From Eledone cirrhosa (taxonomy: Eukaryota): DNA of 64,000 nt. The notes under the pieces were generated by a model. The model was not told the origin of the DNA. It saw nothing but the letters and a program-made list of their open reading frames with translations, and ran no database searches. Position numbers and translations under genes: made by a program. The stretch is from NCBI GenBank assembly GCA_964016885.1, contig OZ024742.1, positions 222,766,001 to 222,830,000 of the forward strand, written 5' to 3'. This document shows, piece by piece, positions 1 to 11,558 of the stretch (the stretch's first letter is position 1; each line of letters opens with the position of its first letter).

Positions 1-59
1 TTCCACTCGGTTTAATATGCTCAAGTCATGGTGTATGCCATGGCGATGCCCCTCCTACG

Positions 60-650
60 ACTCCATCAGGATTTACATAATATTACATGCAGCTGTAAAT
101 TAGCTATTAATAACAAACATCATTAAGTTGTGAATCTCCCCTCCCATTCATTTCCCTTTCAAATCCCACCACTTGGTATACGCCCATGACATACTTTCTT
201 ACCTCTCCTATCTGCCACAATACTCATCTCCATTGTTACCTCCCTCTACCTGTACCTCCTTCTATAGGGTAGAGAGGACTCTGCAGTTGAGTCAATGGCT
301 GACAACCTCTCTGGTGCTGGTGCCATAAAAAAATGCACCTAATATATCTTGTAAGGCAGTTTGTGATGGGAGGGGCATCCAGCTGAAGAAACCATGCTTA
401 AAAAGGGTCAAGAGGATTCTTCAGTTGAGTGTAGAGCTCAACAACCTCTCTAGTATCGGTGATCTACTTGATAAATGCACCAAGTACCCTCTGTAAAGTG
501 ATAGGCGAAAAGAAAGGCATCCAGCCGTATAAAATTTGCCAGACTAAGAGTTGACAAAATTCTTCAGTTGGTCCATCTGAGAGGTCAGTGGAGATGATCC
601 ATTCAACCTTTGCTAGCAGGGAGACCAGACGTTAACTGATAATGATGTTA
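60..650 (+). mobile_element. Degenerate RTE 3' UTR fragment
   Basis: gggcatccagc...gaaacc motifs, gacgttaactgataatgatg tail, similarity to 21500-21830. Confidence 0.6.
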
Positions 651-1142
651 AAGTGTAAAACAAAATTGTCTTGCAGTATTTGTTCCAGTTCAAATCTCAT
701 TGAGGTAAATTTTGTCTTTCATCCTTTTGGAGTTGATTAAATAAAACACCAGTCAACGGCGGTGGATTGCCTTGTATTTGTTCCAGCTCTTTACATTCTG
801 AGTTCAAGAGCAGTTGATTTTAATTTGTCATCCAGATTATACTATCACGTGGCCCTGAAATGCCTTTAGTGACATCTACTTTGTTGCAAGCATTCAGACC
901 AGGTCTGCTTCCCTCATACCATTCTCAGAGATCTTGAAAAGAGTCATGGTTACTGCCCTTCCCTTCTTGACTAAATAGTAGAAAAAAAGATGTTACCGGA
1001 GGGATCCAATTTTTTCTATTTGTTTACAGATAAAGTATGCAGTGTTTTTAAATATGTGTGATTAAGATCAAATTGTGGTTAAGTGTTTGGAATTTTTTCT
1101 GAGAATATCTGCACTTTGTAACTCTGTAAGGTTATTTCTCAG

Positions 1143-1212
1143 GTTTTAAAGGTTATTTCTCAGACCTATATGAAATAAATTTCGTATAGGTCTGAGAAAT
1201 AACCTTTAAAAC
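1143..1212. repeat. 34-bp inverted repeat (hairpin)
   Basis: gttttaaaggttatttctcagacctatatgaaat-aa-atttcgtataggtctgagaaataacctttaaaac, with one T:G pair. Confidence 0.93.
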
Positions 1213-1415
1213 ATTGCAAAACCATTAAAACATTGCAAGACCATTAAAACATTGCAAGACCATTAAAATATTGTAAGCCTATTAAAACAATGTAAGAGAA
1301 TTAAAGCCTTGTCAACCTTAAAAATGTAGGAGAATTAAAACATTGCCAGGCCATTCAAAACACTGTAAGGCCATTAAAGAGTTGTCAAGTCATTAAAATA
1401 TTGAGGCCATTAAAC
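1202..1415 (+). repeat. 19-bp minisatellite, about 10 decaying copies
   Basis: Unit accattaaaacattgcaag. Confidence 0.85.
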
Positions 1416-1456
1416 TGTTCTTTGTTTTATTTTGTTGTTTTTTATTTTATTTTCAG

Positions 1457-1561
1457 ACATCATATGTTGCCATGTCAATGCAAAAACAACATGTACTGGT
1501 ATGGATCCAACAGCTAAAGAATGTGTTATGGAATTGTTGTATCTGTCTCAAGTATCTCAAG
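1457..1561 (+). CDS. UBE3B: UBE3B-like HECT E3 ligase, internal exon 1 of 21 in window (TSYVAMSMQKQHVLVWIQQLKNVLWNCCICLKYLK)
   Basis: ttttcag acceptor, aag|gtaaaa donor, 105 nt, phase 0-0. Resembles human UBE3B [33 protein letters not shown] (recalled). Confidence 0.9.
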
Positions 1562-1579
1562 GTAAAATATTATTTCCTA

Positions 1580-1795
1580 AAAAACCTTTAGCATTTAAAC
1601 TGGCCATAACCGGCCATAATTGTCTCACCTCTTTCTGTTCAAATTGGCCGTAATCAACCACTCATACTGATGTTAAGGGATTTTTCTCAAAATAAATAAT
1701 ATCAAAATATCACAGACTCAATATTATGTGAGATAAAGCCTTTACCTTAAAAATACAGTAGTAAATATAGAGTAATGTAAATGCTAAAGGGTTAA
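1580..1795 (+). mobile_element. piggyBac-like MITE family 1
   Basis: TIR cctttagcattta ... taaatgctaaagggttaa; left end eroded. Confidence 0.75.
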
Positions 1796-2082
1796 AAACA
1801 TTTTAAGCCTGTTTTTGTATGGGTTGTCTGAACCTCATATTTGTTCATATTGCCTTTTTAAATATTTTTTTTTGCTGGTGTCATGTAAAATGCATCCAAT
1901 ACACCATGAAAGTAGTCGGCATTAGGGAGGATATCCAGCCATAGAAACCTTGCCAAATATGGAACATAATGAGCAAACTAGGTTGCTCTGATTTATTTGG
2001 TCTTGGACCAGGACAACTTATGCAACCCATGCTAGAATAGAAAGCAAACTTAAATGATAGTGATTTTTTGTTTTCATTTCAG

Positions 2083-2182
2083 CCTGAAAATCACCATGAC
2101 AACCAAGCAATTGTGGTTCATTTACGAATGCTAATTACTTTCACAAGTATTGGCTCCTGGGGTATAGTGAAAGGAAAGACTG
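2083..2182 (+). CDS. UBE3B: UBE3B exon 2 (PENHHDNQAIVVHLRMLITFTSIGSWGIVKGKT)
   Basis: catttcag|cct ... actg|gtaact; 100 nt, phase 0-1; continues the frame. Confidence 0.88.
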
Positions 2183-3217
2183 GTAACTATTTATTTCATC
2201 TTTTTTGTGGGGAAGGTTTGGGCCCTTTCTGACATCCTTACCTTTCATACCTGATGATATTTTAAAATTTTATAAGAGAAAACCATAGTTTATAGATATC
2301 ATTAAAATAACATTAAAATAGGTGGCAAATTAACAGAGTTGTTAGAGTGTCATATGAAATGCCTTGGTATTTGTTCAGGCTTACTGCACTCTGAAATCAA
2401 ATCCCACCAAGGTCAACTTTCCCTTTCATCCTTTTTCACCCTCGTCTGCCAGGTGTTGTGACTGGTAGATGGTATTAACAATAGAAATACTAATAGAAGC
2501 ATTGTTTCCTTGGTTCCTTGACAATTGGCTCCTTTCCTTTTTTTAAAAATTCATTATTAAACTACAATTTTTCAGCCTGTGACCTTCAAGATGCCTTTCA
2601 AAAAATGTCAACCATTTACAGAGTATACTGGGTAGATTTTATCATGGCACCAGCATTATGGAATTTGTTATTTCTTGGACACAACTGAAGAGTTCTCACA
2701 ACTCTATTTGGCATGATTTCTGTAGCTGATGTCTTTGCTAATGCCAACCATTTACAGAGTTTACTGGGTGAATTTTATTGTAGCATCAATATTAGAGAGG
2801 GTGTCATTTTTTTGACACATCTGAAGAATTTTCTCAACCCTAGTTGGCATGGTTTCTACAGATGATGCCTTTCCTAATGCCAGCCACTCTACAGAATAAG
2901 GGGTAAAATAGATGTAATGGCCCCACATATTGCACTGAACACAAGCAAGATTGACTGGTTAAGTAGTTTGTTTTGCAATCATGAGGTCATATTGGATTCA
3001 AGCTTACAGTGTGGCATCTTAAGTAAGTTATTTACCATAACTTCAAGTCAACTTAAGCCATGTAAAATTGGGTAGACAGAAACTAGATGAAAGACAAAAA
3101 CCTATTAATTGGATTGCATACATAATTCCTTACAAGCCAAGACATTCATAGCATTATCACAGGTGATAACATATCTAAGGCACTGAAATAGCTAAGCATC
3201 CTCACAGACATTACCTG

Positions 3218-4343
3218 ATCATCATCATCATCATCATCATCTTCGTTTAATGTCCATCTTCCACGCTAGCATAGGTTAGACAGGAGTTGTCCCACTTGAG
3301 GCAAGGTTGGTCGGGTGACTGTCTCGCTCATATAGGACTATCTGGCAGGTTTTCTATGGCTGGATGCCCTTCCTAACACCAACTACATTTCCAGTGTGGA
3401 ACTGGGAACTTTTTACCATGTTACCTACACGGCCACATTACAGCGTGGACTGTGTGTTTTTTCTCGTGACACCTACACGATCTTGATCTCATTATCTCAT
3501 TTATTTGGACAGGATGTTGTGGTACCAATTTTACAGAGAGAGGTTGGTGGGAGTGGGAGGATAGGGTAGGGGTAGTGGATTGGGGTGTATATTTGGTTAA
3601 GTGGTGCCTACTGACTGTAGGTTTTGCTTTGTACATAGGCAAGGCGAGTCTTCTGTATTACTGTGTAGCGCCAAAGATCTCGGTCCAGTGAAATTGTCTT
3701 AGAGAGGTGCAAGTGTGTAAGGTCGGAATTTATCAGATCGTCCCAGGTTTTTCTGGGTCTACCTACTCCGTAACTACCATCAATTTTGATCGCCCTGCAC
3801 TTTTTTATACAGCTGTTGTCTTTCATGCGCATCACGTGGTCATAGCAACGTAGTCTTCTCTCAAGTAAACAACATCTGATCCCTCTTATTCCTAATTTCT
3901 CACTTAGTTCCTTTATGCTTTGCCGTTCACGTATATTACTATTACACATCCAACGGAGCATGCATGCTTCATACCTTTCCAGTCTGCGCAGGTCCTCTCC
4001 ATGCAATGCCCATGTCTCACTGCCATGTAGCATTGTTATTCGTATACAGGCATCATACAATCTGCCTTTCATTTTTAGTGAGAAACCTTTTGTGGTCAAC
4101 AGCGGTATAAGCTCTCTGAACTTTTTCCATCCCATTCTGACTCTGGCTACTGTACTTTCAGAACACCCTCCACCACTGCTGATTTCGTCACCCAGGTAAC
4201 GGAAAGTGTCCACTATTTCTATAGAACCATCTGGGCAATAGAAGGAGCTAGTATCCTGTGGACACTTGCTACTTATTGCACCTGAGCATCAGCCACATAT
4301 AAAGTCTACGTTCTAAGATAGTTTGCCTGTTATCCCACTACAT
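3218..4343 (-). mobile_element. RTE LINE 3' fragment
   Basis: ORF 3608-4213 FRYLG...RLRCYDHVMRM...GRPRKTW; (CAT)n tail at 3218. Confidence 0.9.
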
Positions 4344-4538
4344 GATATTTAAGTAAAATGAGCTGTCAATAGCCCAGCTCCCCTGAACATCGTGAATGTC
4401 ACATGCTAAAAAATGTAATTCACTGATCAATGTAGTACTAAACAGTAGATTAGAAATTGAAGTCTTTACTCTAATAATTTGCGACGATCTTTCCTGTAGC
4501 AAAAGATACTAAAAGCATTTGAATCAATAAACCCATTT

Positions 4539-4856
4539 TTAACTCTTAACTTCCTGTACTACATAAGTCTACATGTGTGGGACAGTCTTGAAAAGTACAA
4601 AATAGTATTATGATTGCATCACATTAAAAATTGAAGTTTTTACTCTAATACTTCAAATTGTTACAATCTGTCGACTAGTAAAAACACTATAAACATTTGA
4701 ATTAACAAACTACATGAAACCACATTAGCAAGACATTCTTGAAAAGTACAAAATAGTACTATGACTGCATCAAATTAAAAAATCAAGTCTTTACAATCTA
4801 ACAAACCTACTTTTTAGATATTTTCTGTTAAATCATTGCAGGATGTTAAGAGTTAA
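4539..4856. mobile_element. TTAA-flanked MITE family 3
   Basis: TIR ttaactcttaacttcctg ... caggatgttaagagttaa; internal duplicated segments. Confidence 0.75.
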
Positions 4857-4901
4857 TTTGTATTTTATGTTGTAGTTATCAGTATTTTATTTTACTTTCA
4901 G

Positions 4902-4987
4902 GTGAGGCACTTAAACCTGGACTTAATCAGCTATGTAACAACATCATGGGGTTTCTGAACACTAAAGGGCTCTATGGTGTTATACAG
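4902..4987 (+). CDS. UBE3B: UBE3B exon 3 (GEALKPGLNQLCNNIMGFLNTKGLYGVIQ)
   Basis: tactttcag|gt ... cag|gtcagt; 86 nt, phase 1-0; similar to UBE3B [20 protein letters not shown]. Confidence 0.92.
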
Positions 4988-6500
4988 GTCAGTTGCAAAA
5001 CATTTTCATTGTGTAAAATAAGGGAAGATAGATGATTGAACAATCATCATCATCATCACCACCATAATCATCACCATTATCACCATTTAACGCCTATTTT
5101 CCATGCTTGCATGGCTTAGACAGACTGCCATGTACTAGGACTAGACAATTCAGAGGAACATACCTGAATTGCACACAGCTTTTGGCTTGGCTTCCTTGGT
5201 TTCTGCAGCTGGATGTACTGGGAGCATTTTATCATGACTCTGGCATTACCACTGTACAATGTGGACTGGGTGCTTTTTGTTGTGGCACCTTACAGTGGGG
5301 GACTGTTTTTTTATTTGATTTTTTAGTGACCCCGTGATTAGAGTGTTGGATTTACAATCATAAGGTTATGGGTTTGATTCTTTGACCAGGCATAATGTTA
5401 TGTTCTTGAGCAAGACACTTTATTTCATGTTGCTTAACATGATAAGACTAGGACTTCTATTATTGAAACAATTAAGAAACCTCATATAAGATACCTCCTC
5501 ATAGAAGGCCAGCTGAATCTACATAGATGTGAGCTGTGAATTTAATTTAATTATTTTCATTGTTGAATTCATGATCATCAAGTAATGGGTTCAGTTCTTG
5601 GACCACATTGCTCCAGTTTATTGTGATGTTACTGGAGCCAAGCTGTATTGACATTTGCCTTTCCCTTGAACATTAGCTGTATGGAAAAGGGAGACAGGTA
5701 TACATGGGCGACTGCTGGTCTTCCACAATTCATCATGTCCAGGTACAAACTCTTAGTCATCCATAAAGGAGGCCTTTTTATTTAATGCTGGAATAATTAT
5801 AATTTTTATATAGATCTAATAGCAGGTAAGCATTTTAAGGCCATGTTGCTTGTTAAAGCAGGGGTCAGCCTTGTAAACCCCATGATAAGCTTCTCCATTT
5901 TGCCCTATCGTGTAAAAGTCCTCACAGGCACTTAGTCATCATATATGGACTGAACATTTACTTTGAATTAGCTAGGTTCCTCAACTTTAGTTTTGATAAA
6001 AGTGGGTGGAGACCCCAAAGAGGTACTTTCTGCCATACCCTTCCCATATGTTATGCTCATCATGAGGTCCTTTTTGAAGCAATGTTTTATAGCCAGATGC
6101 CCTTTTTGGCAATAACTCTTTTAGTTGCCTCTTACAACATGCAGAGATACTGTGCACTTATTTCATTAGTGCAAACTTATAATGTATTATATTCTGCTAT
6201 TAATGTGAAATTTAGAAGTTTGTATGCTATGGAGATAGAAACTTCTTGAAATGATCTTTTCCAGTGCTGACCACCACTAGTTTCCTCCAACTCTGGTAGT
6301 TATAAATTACTTGTATATTAATGGTGTTTTGTTTCAATGCTAGGCTACTCTACAGAATATACATATAGAGAGAGATTTGTAACCAATACTGTATATATAA
6401 ACAGATGTAAACACCCTGCCTGCATATACTCTACTACGGAATATATCTATATAGATTTATAGACAACACTGTATGTATAAAAATGTATAAACACCTTGTC

Positions 6501-6545
<45 letters not shown>

Positions 6546-6547
<2 letters not shown>

Positions 6548-6820
6548 CGCGCCATCCAGGCCGAAACAAATGAGATCGTGTAGGTGTCACGACAAAAAAA
6601 AACACACAGTCCGCGCTGTAATGTGGCCGTGTAGGCAACACGGTAAAAACCTCCCAGACCCACACTGTAAATGTGGTTGGTGTTAGGAAGGGCATCCAAC
6701 TGTAGAAAACCTGCCAGACAGTCCTATGCGAGCAAGACAATCACTCTTGCCTCAAGTGGGACTAGCCCCCCGTCCAAACCCATGCAAGTGTGGAACACGG
6801 ACGTTAAACGTTGATGATGA
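6546..6820 (+). mobile_element. RTE 3' UTR fragment inserted in a (TA)n tract
   Basis: Near-identical to 32105-32372, with (GAT)n tail. Confidence 0.88.
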
Positions 6821-6835
6821 TATATATATATATAT

Positions 6836-7167
6836 GGAGACACATGGCTTAGTGGTTAGAACATTGGCCTTGCAATCGAAAGGTTGTGAGTTCAATTCTC
6901 AGACCGGGTGATGTGTTGTTTCCTTGAGCAAGACACTTTATTTCACATTGCTCCAGTTTACTCAGCTGTAGAAATGAGATGATAGGGACTGGGGTCCCTA
7001 TCATTCCACTGCAAAGTGGTCGCGTAGGTGCCACGGCAAAAAAGCACCCAGCACTCACTGTAAATGAGGTTGGTGTTAGGAAGGGCATCCAGCTGTAGAA
7101 ATCAAGCCAGAATCAGTTCCCGTCCCACCCTTGCAAGCAGGGAAAAGTGGACGTAAAATGAAATGAT
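6836..7167 (+). mobile_element. tRNA-derived SINE with RTE-derived 3' tail (family A)
   Basis: A box tggcttagtgg, B box gagttcaattc; 3' part matches the RTE UTR at 13205-13360; near-identical copies at 16441 and 35583. Confidence 0.88.
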
Positions 7168-7410
7168 ATATATATATATTATCCTCATCATCATTTTAAT
7201 GTCTGCTTTTTCCCTGCTAGCAAGGGTATATATATATATATATATTGTATCAGTGGTATATAATGTACTACAGAATATATTTATATATTTTTAAGCAACA
7301 CTCTATATAATAGAGAGATATAGTGGCTGTATATTAAAAATTAAACAATCTCTAATATTTTCAACTAAATTTCCCTCTCAGTTGAATCCTTGTCTCTCTC
7401 TATTTTCCAG

Positions 7411-7493
7411 GTTCTTCTTACCCGAGGTCTTGCTAGGTCCAAACCAGTCTTCAGTAATACATCACTGACAGCTATTATCACTATAGCACTACG
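7411..7493 (+). CDS. UBE3B: UBE3B exon 4 (VLLTRGLARSKPVFSNTSLTAIITIALR)
   Basis: ttttccag|gtt ... acg|gtaaga; 83 nt, phase 0-2; LLTRGLAR motif. Confidence 0.93.
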
Positions 7494-7531
7494 GTAAGAC
7501 TTAGTTTATTTCATTATTCTGTTATTCTGAC

Positions 7532-7714
7532 GGTGGATTGGCAGTATCGGTAGAGGGTCGGATGCCATGCTTTGAAGCATAGATTTACCTCCCTGTATGA
7601 TCTGAGTTCAAATCCCGCCGAGGTTAACTTTGCCTTTCATCCTTCCGGGGTCGATAGAATAAAGTACCAGTAATGCATTGGGTAATTGCTGGCCTTGTGC
7701 CAAAAGTAGAAACA
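7532..7714 (+). mobile_element. tRNA-like SINE family B with 19-bp TSD
   Basis: ggtggattggcagtatcggtagag...gagttcaaatcccgccgagg...ctttcatccttccggggtcgat; TSD attattctgttattctgac at 7513-7531 and 7715-7733. Confidence 0.88.
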
Positions 7715-7740
7715 ATTATTCTGTTATTCTGACATTACTG

Positions 7741-8013
7741 TCTAAGTCTGTCTGTCTTAAACCAGAAGGCTCATTAGGCCGGTGTGATCCCAGTTTCATG
7801 GTGGGAAGTGACTGAGAGTACAAAAATCCTCCCTGGACATGACGCCAGTCTATCACAGGGTCAAACCCCCAGCTATTGCTGGTACTCATTTTCAGCTGGG
7901 TATATTGGAGCAATGCAAAATGAAATGTTTTTCTTAAGAACATAACACACAACCCAGTCCAGGAATCGAACCCATGACATTATGTTCAACACCCTTACCA
8001 CTAGGCCACTTGT
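7741..8013 (-). mobile_element. tRNA-derived SINE family C
   Basis: Minus strand: tggcctagtggtaag A box, ggttcgattcc B box, cctgtgatagactggcgtcatgtccaggg central motif; relatives at about 26640-26865 and 26925-27140. Confidence 0.7.
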
Positions 8014-8403
8014 CTGACAGCTGTTATAATTATAGTATTGCAGAAAGACCTAGTTTATTCCATTATTCTGTTATTCTGACATCACTGACAGCTGTTATTA
8101 TAGCACTGCAGTAAGACCTAGTTTATTCCATTATTCTGTTATTCTGACATTACTATCAATATAGCACTGCAGTAAGATCTAGTTTATTCCATTATTATGT
8201 TATTCTGACATCACTGACAGCTGTTATTATAGCACTGCAGTAAGACCTAGTTTATTCCATTATTCTGTTATTCTGATATTACTGACAGCTGTTATCATTA
8301 TAGCACTGCAGTAAGACATAGTTTATTCCATTATTCTGACATTACTGACAGCTGTTATCATTATAGCACTGCAGTAAGATCTAGTTTATTCCATTATTCT
8401 GTT
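8014..8403 (+). repeat. Minisatellite of about 60-70 bp, 6 copies, derived from the exon 4 3' end plus 5' splice site
   Basis: Unit atcactgacagctgttattatagcactgcagtaagacctagtttattccattattctgttattctgac matches 7461-7531. Confidence 0.92.
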
Positions 8404-8731
8404 GAGATATCTGTGACAGGATCACAGCTTAAAACGTTCATAGCAAGATTTATATGTTTATTATACATAAACATAGTATATGCCTGCATATACACTGTTA
8501 TTATGAATCTTGCTATGGTAATGCTACTGTTAATTAATCCCAGCTGGTCAAGCTTGTACTGTATGCAAATGAGCACATCCAGCAGATGTTTTATATACAA
8601 AAGGAATATAAACTATAACTCATTCTTATCTCTGTACTGCCTGAGTAAATGTCACCTGTGATGGATTAAAATCTGGAAATACCTCTGACATGTTCTCGTG
8701 GCTACTGAGATAGCTGTGACATTATTATAGC

Positions 8732-9037
8732 TTAACCCTTTAAGCATTTAAACCGGCCGTATCCTGCCAGAATTCTCTTACCTCCTTCTGTTCAAACCGG
8801 CCATAACTGGCTGCTCATATTTATGTTAAAGTGTTGTTCTCAAAATAAATATCAAAATCCCCTAAATTCGATATTATATGAGGTAAATAGGGGCCTATAC
8901 TGTGAAAATATAATTGTTTCTACTTTTTGGCACAAGGCCAGCAATTACCCAGTGCATTGCTGGTACTTTATTTTATCGACCCTGTACTGTGAAAATATAA
9001 TAGTATATATAGAGTAATGTGAATGCTAAAGGGTTAA
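8732..9037 (+). mobile_element. piggyBac-like MITE family 1 with a small internal SINE fragment
   Basis: ttaa-ccctttaagcatt ... aatgctaaaggg-ttaa. Confidence 0.8.
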
Positions 9038-9237
9038 AACATTTATTGCAAGACTTATCTATGTTTATTATACATGAACATTTTATATATGTCTTCATAT
9101 ATATCTCTATTAGATAATATATAGATATTACATAGATATACAGATCTATAACTGTAAGATATAGAAATTACAGATATTTTCATTTGCATACATTTCACCA
9201 CAAACATTTTTCTTACTTTAAAACTTTGTGATTTCAG

Positions 9238-9343
9238 ACCGCTGTTAGCATCCAATTTCTCTGAGAATCTTATGACAATGTTTCTCTTACATATTCTCTC
9301 TGTTCCTGCAGTTATCTATCACATCAATGCACACTCTCAAGAG
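9238..9343 (+). CDS. UBE3B: UBE3B exon 5 (PLLASNFSENLMTMFLLHILSVPAVIYHINAHSQE)
   Basis: atttcag|a ... gag|gtaaga; 106 nt, phase 2-0; FLxHIxSVPA motif. Confidence 0.93.
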
Positions 9344-9949
9344 GTAAGAACAGTTGTTTTATATATTTGGGAGATTATAAAGTAGAGAGGACTCTTTATT
9401 CTTACTGAATACATGGCACCCTCTTTAGTGCTGGTGTCATTGTAAAATGCTCCTAGTACACTCTGTAGTAGTGCTGGTAAAATGCACCCACTATACTCTG
9501 TAATGTGGTTGGCAATTAACTAAAGACAACACAGGCTAGAGAGGACTCTTCAGTTAAATCAAGTACTTGACAACTTCTCTAGTGTTGGTGCTATGATAAA
9601 ATACTCTCAGTACATTCTGTAAAGTGGTAGTGTCGGTGTCACGATAAAATGCACTTGGTACATCCTGTGAAGTGAGTTTATATATACCCATGTAAGTGTG
9701 GAAAGACAGATGTAAAAATTATGATGATGATGATGATATATATACATATATACAATATAGGCACCTTTGATCATAGCCTTTTAAAAAACAGCCAACTGAA
9801 CTTCCTATACCAAAAACGTTCTTATCAACAGTTTTCCAAGAGATGGCAAAATGAACAAACCTGCTTTTTCTCAAATTTTTTTGTTTGTTTCTGTCCTGAC
9901 TCACTCTCCTCTATCTTTATATTTTTTCTTTAATTTCTCATTCTATATT

Positions 9950-9978
9950 CTGACGAAAGACTACCGTCTGAAACGTTA
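9950..9978 (+). ncRNA. Minimal Penelope-type hammerhead-like motif (degenerate stem I)
   Basis: CTGACGA a AGAC-tacc-GTCT GAAAC GTTA: core, 4-bp stem II and palindromic AACGTT. Stem I is only about 2 bp. Confidence 0.45.
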
Positions 9979-10417
9979 AAACTATTCCTACTGTATTAAG
10001 CATGAAACTAATATATATTTTACTTACAAAACATTCCCATGCTTTACTGAGTGCATTTTGTCATGGCACCAACTCTAGGAAGATTGTCGTGTCTTTGATA
10101 CAGCTCAAAAGTGAAGTGATCTCAACCCTTTGGTAATTTTTCTACAGCTGGATGCCCTTCCTATCACCATCCTCTTTATAGAGTATACAGAGTGCATTTA
10201 TTATGTAAATCACCAACACTAGGGAGGTTATCAGATGTTAAATGATGAAGATGAGGACACTTGCTTGAATAAATAATCAGTTTCTATCCAAATTATTTAA
10301 ATTCTTTACTTAATTCTAAGAAGAAAAAACATACATTGACAATATATTTTATTGATCCTTATCACTAAAGTCTTTGTTACATGATTTATTAAAATTTATT
10401 TTTGTTTTCTATTGCAG

Positions 10418-10538
10418 TGTATGAACACATTAGTCACACATCGTATCTTTAAGCGGTGTCTTGATTTATTAACCAATGAACAAAGTACTCGCATAGTATT
10501 CAACTCATTAGAAGGGAACTATGCTTTGTGCCTTTTAG
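10418..10538 (+). CDS. UBE3B: UBE3B exon 6 (CMNTLVTHRIFKRCLDLLTNEQSTRIVFNSLEGNYALCLL)
   Basis: attgcag|tgt ... ttag|gtaagt; 121 nt, phase 0-1; SLEGxxxLCL motif. Confidence 0.92.
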
Positions 10539-11478
10539 GTAAGTGTTTAACTCTTTCATTACCATATTTCTAATAAAAGACAGCTTGTGACTTTCAAATA
10601 ATTTTGAAAATTATCAAAAATTTAAAGGGATTTAGAATTTGGAAAAATTTAGTAATATAACTAACTTTCTCATTATTAACCCTTTTGTTATCGTATTTCT
10701 AATGAAAGACATTGTTTGTGATTTTCAAATAATTTTTAATATCAAGAAGTTTCCATGGGGGTGTAGAAATTATCACTCCCTCTTCACTTTCACTTATTTT
10801 TGCTATTTAATTTTTTCTTTCTTTTTAATATGCAAATGTCGATGAATTGTAAACTTCTTTCTTTTATTATTAAAATAGTAACTTTTGCAAATTTGAAGGG
10901 GTTTGTTAGGTTGCCAAACTGTTAAGTTGAAATTATTTTATTTGGGAGAACGGGGTGTATAACTGTGAGCAGAGGGCATACATTGTAAAGCTAGCCTAGG
11001 GAGCTAAATACCCAGGTGCTGAGGTGCAGGAATGACTGTGGTTAAGAAGTTCACTTTATAAGTTCTGTGTCTGAATCCTATCAAGGTCAACTTACTTTTC
11101 ATCCTTCAAGGATCAATAATTAAAATATCAGTTTAAGGTGAACTGGTGGAATCATTATACCATCAGATGAGAATGTTTTGTAGATTTTGTTCTCACTCTT
11201 TGTTCTGAGTTCAAATTCCAATGTGACCCACTTGAATGGTTGACGGTACTTGGTTTAACATCACCACCATCTGGCCCTTTAGCAAACACCACTCTGTTGC
11301 AAGTTTTCAGGTTGTTTCTTGTTTGATGATACCTTCCTTTTGACTATACAATGAAAACATCAAGATTTAAAATCCTAATTGAATAACAACATAATTTTAA
11401 AGATCAAGAAATTAAAAGGTATATTTTGTTTTATATCATTGATTTACTATTTAAAAAAAAATTATATTTCTTTTGTAG

Positions 11479-11513
11479 CTAATCTTGTGCATCTTGGCTA
11501 TATTGAAGTTGAG
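11479..11513 (+). CDS. UBE3B: UBE3B exon 7, short (ANLVHLGYIEVE)
   Basis: ttttgtag|ct ... gag|gtgagt; 35 nt, phase 1-0; similar to GNLLHLG. Confidence 0.88.
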
Positions 11514-11558
11514 GTGAGTTTAACAGTTTTACAATTTTCAGAATTTTATTTTTACACT

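Noticed and set aside
3915-4199. ORFs antisense to RTE copies (also 12067, 12384, 13527, 31010, 31451)
   Set aside because: Shadow frames of the LINE ORF with no independent evidence.
6836-6910. tRNA gene (also 16441, 35860, 7532, 19259)
   Set aside because: A and B boxes are present, but there is no intact cloverleaf and each continues into a SINE body and tail.
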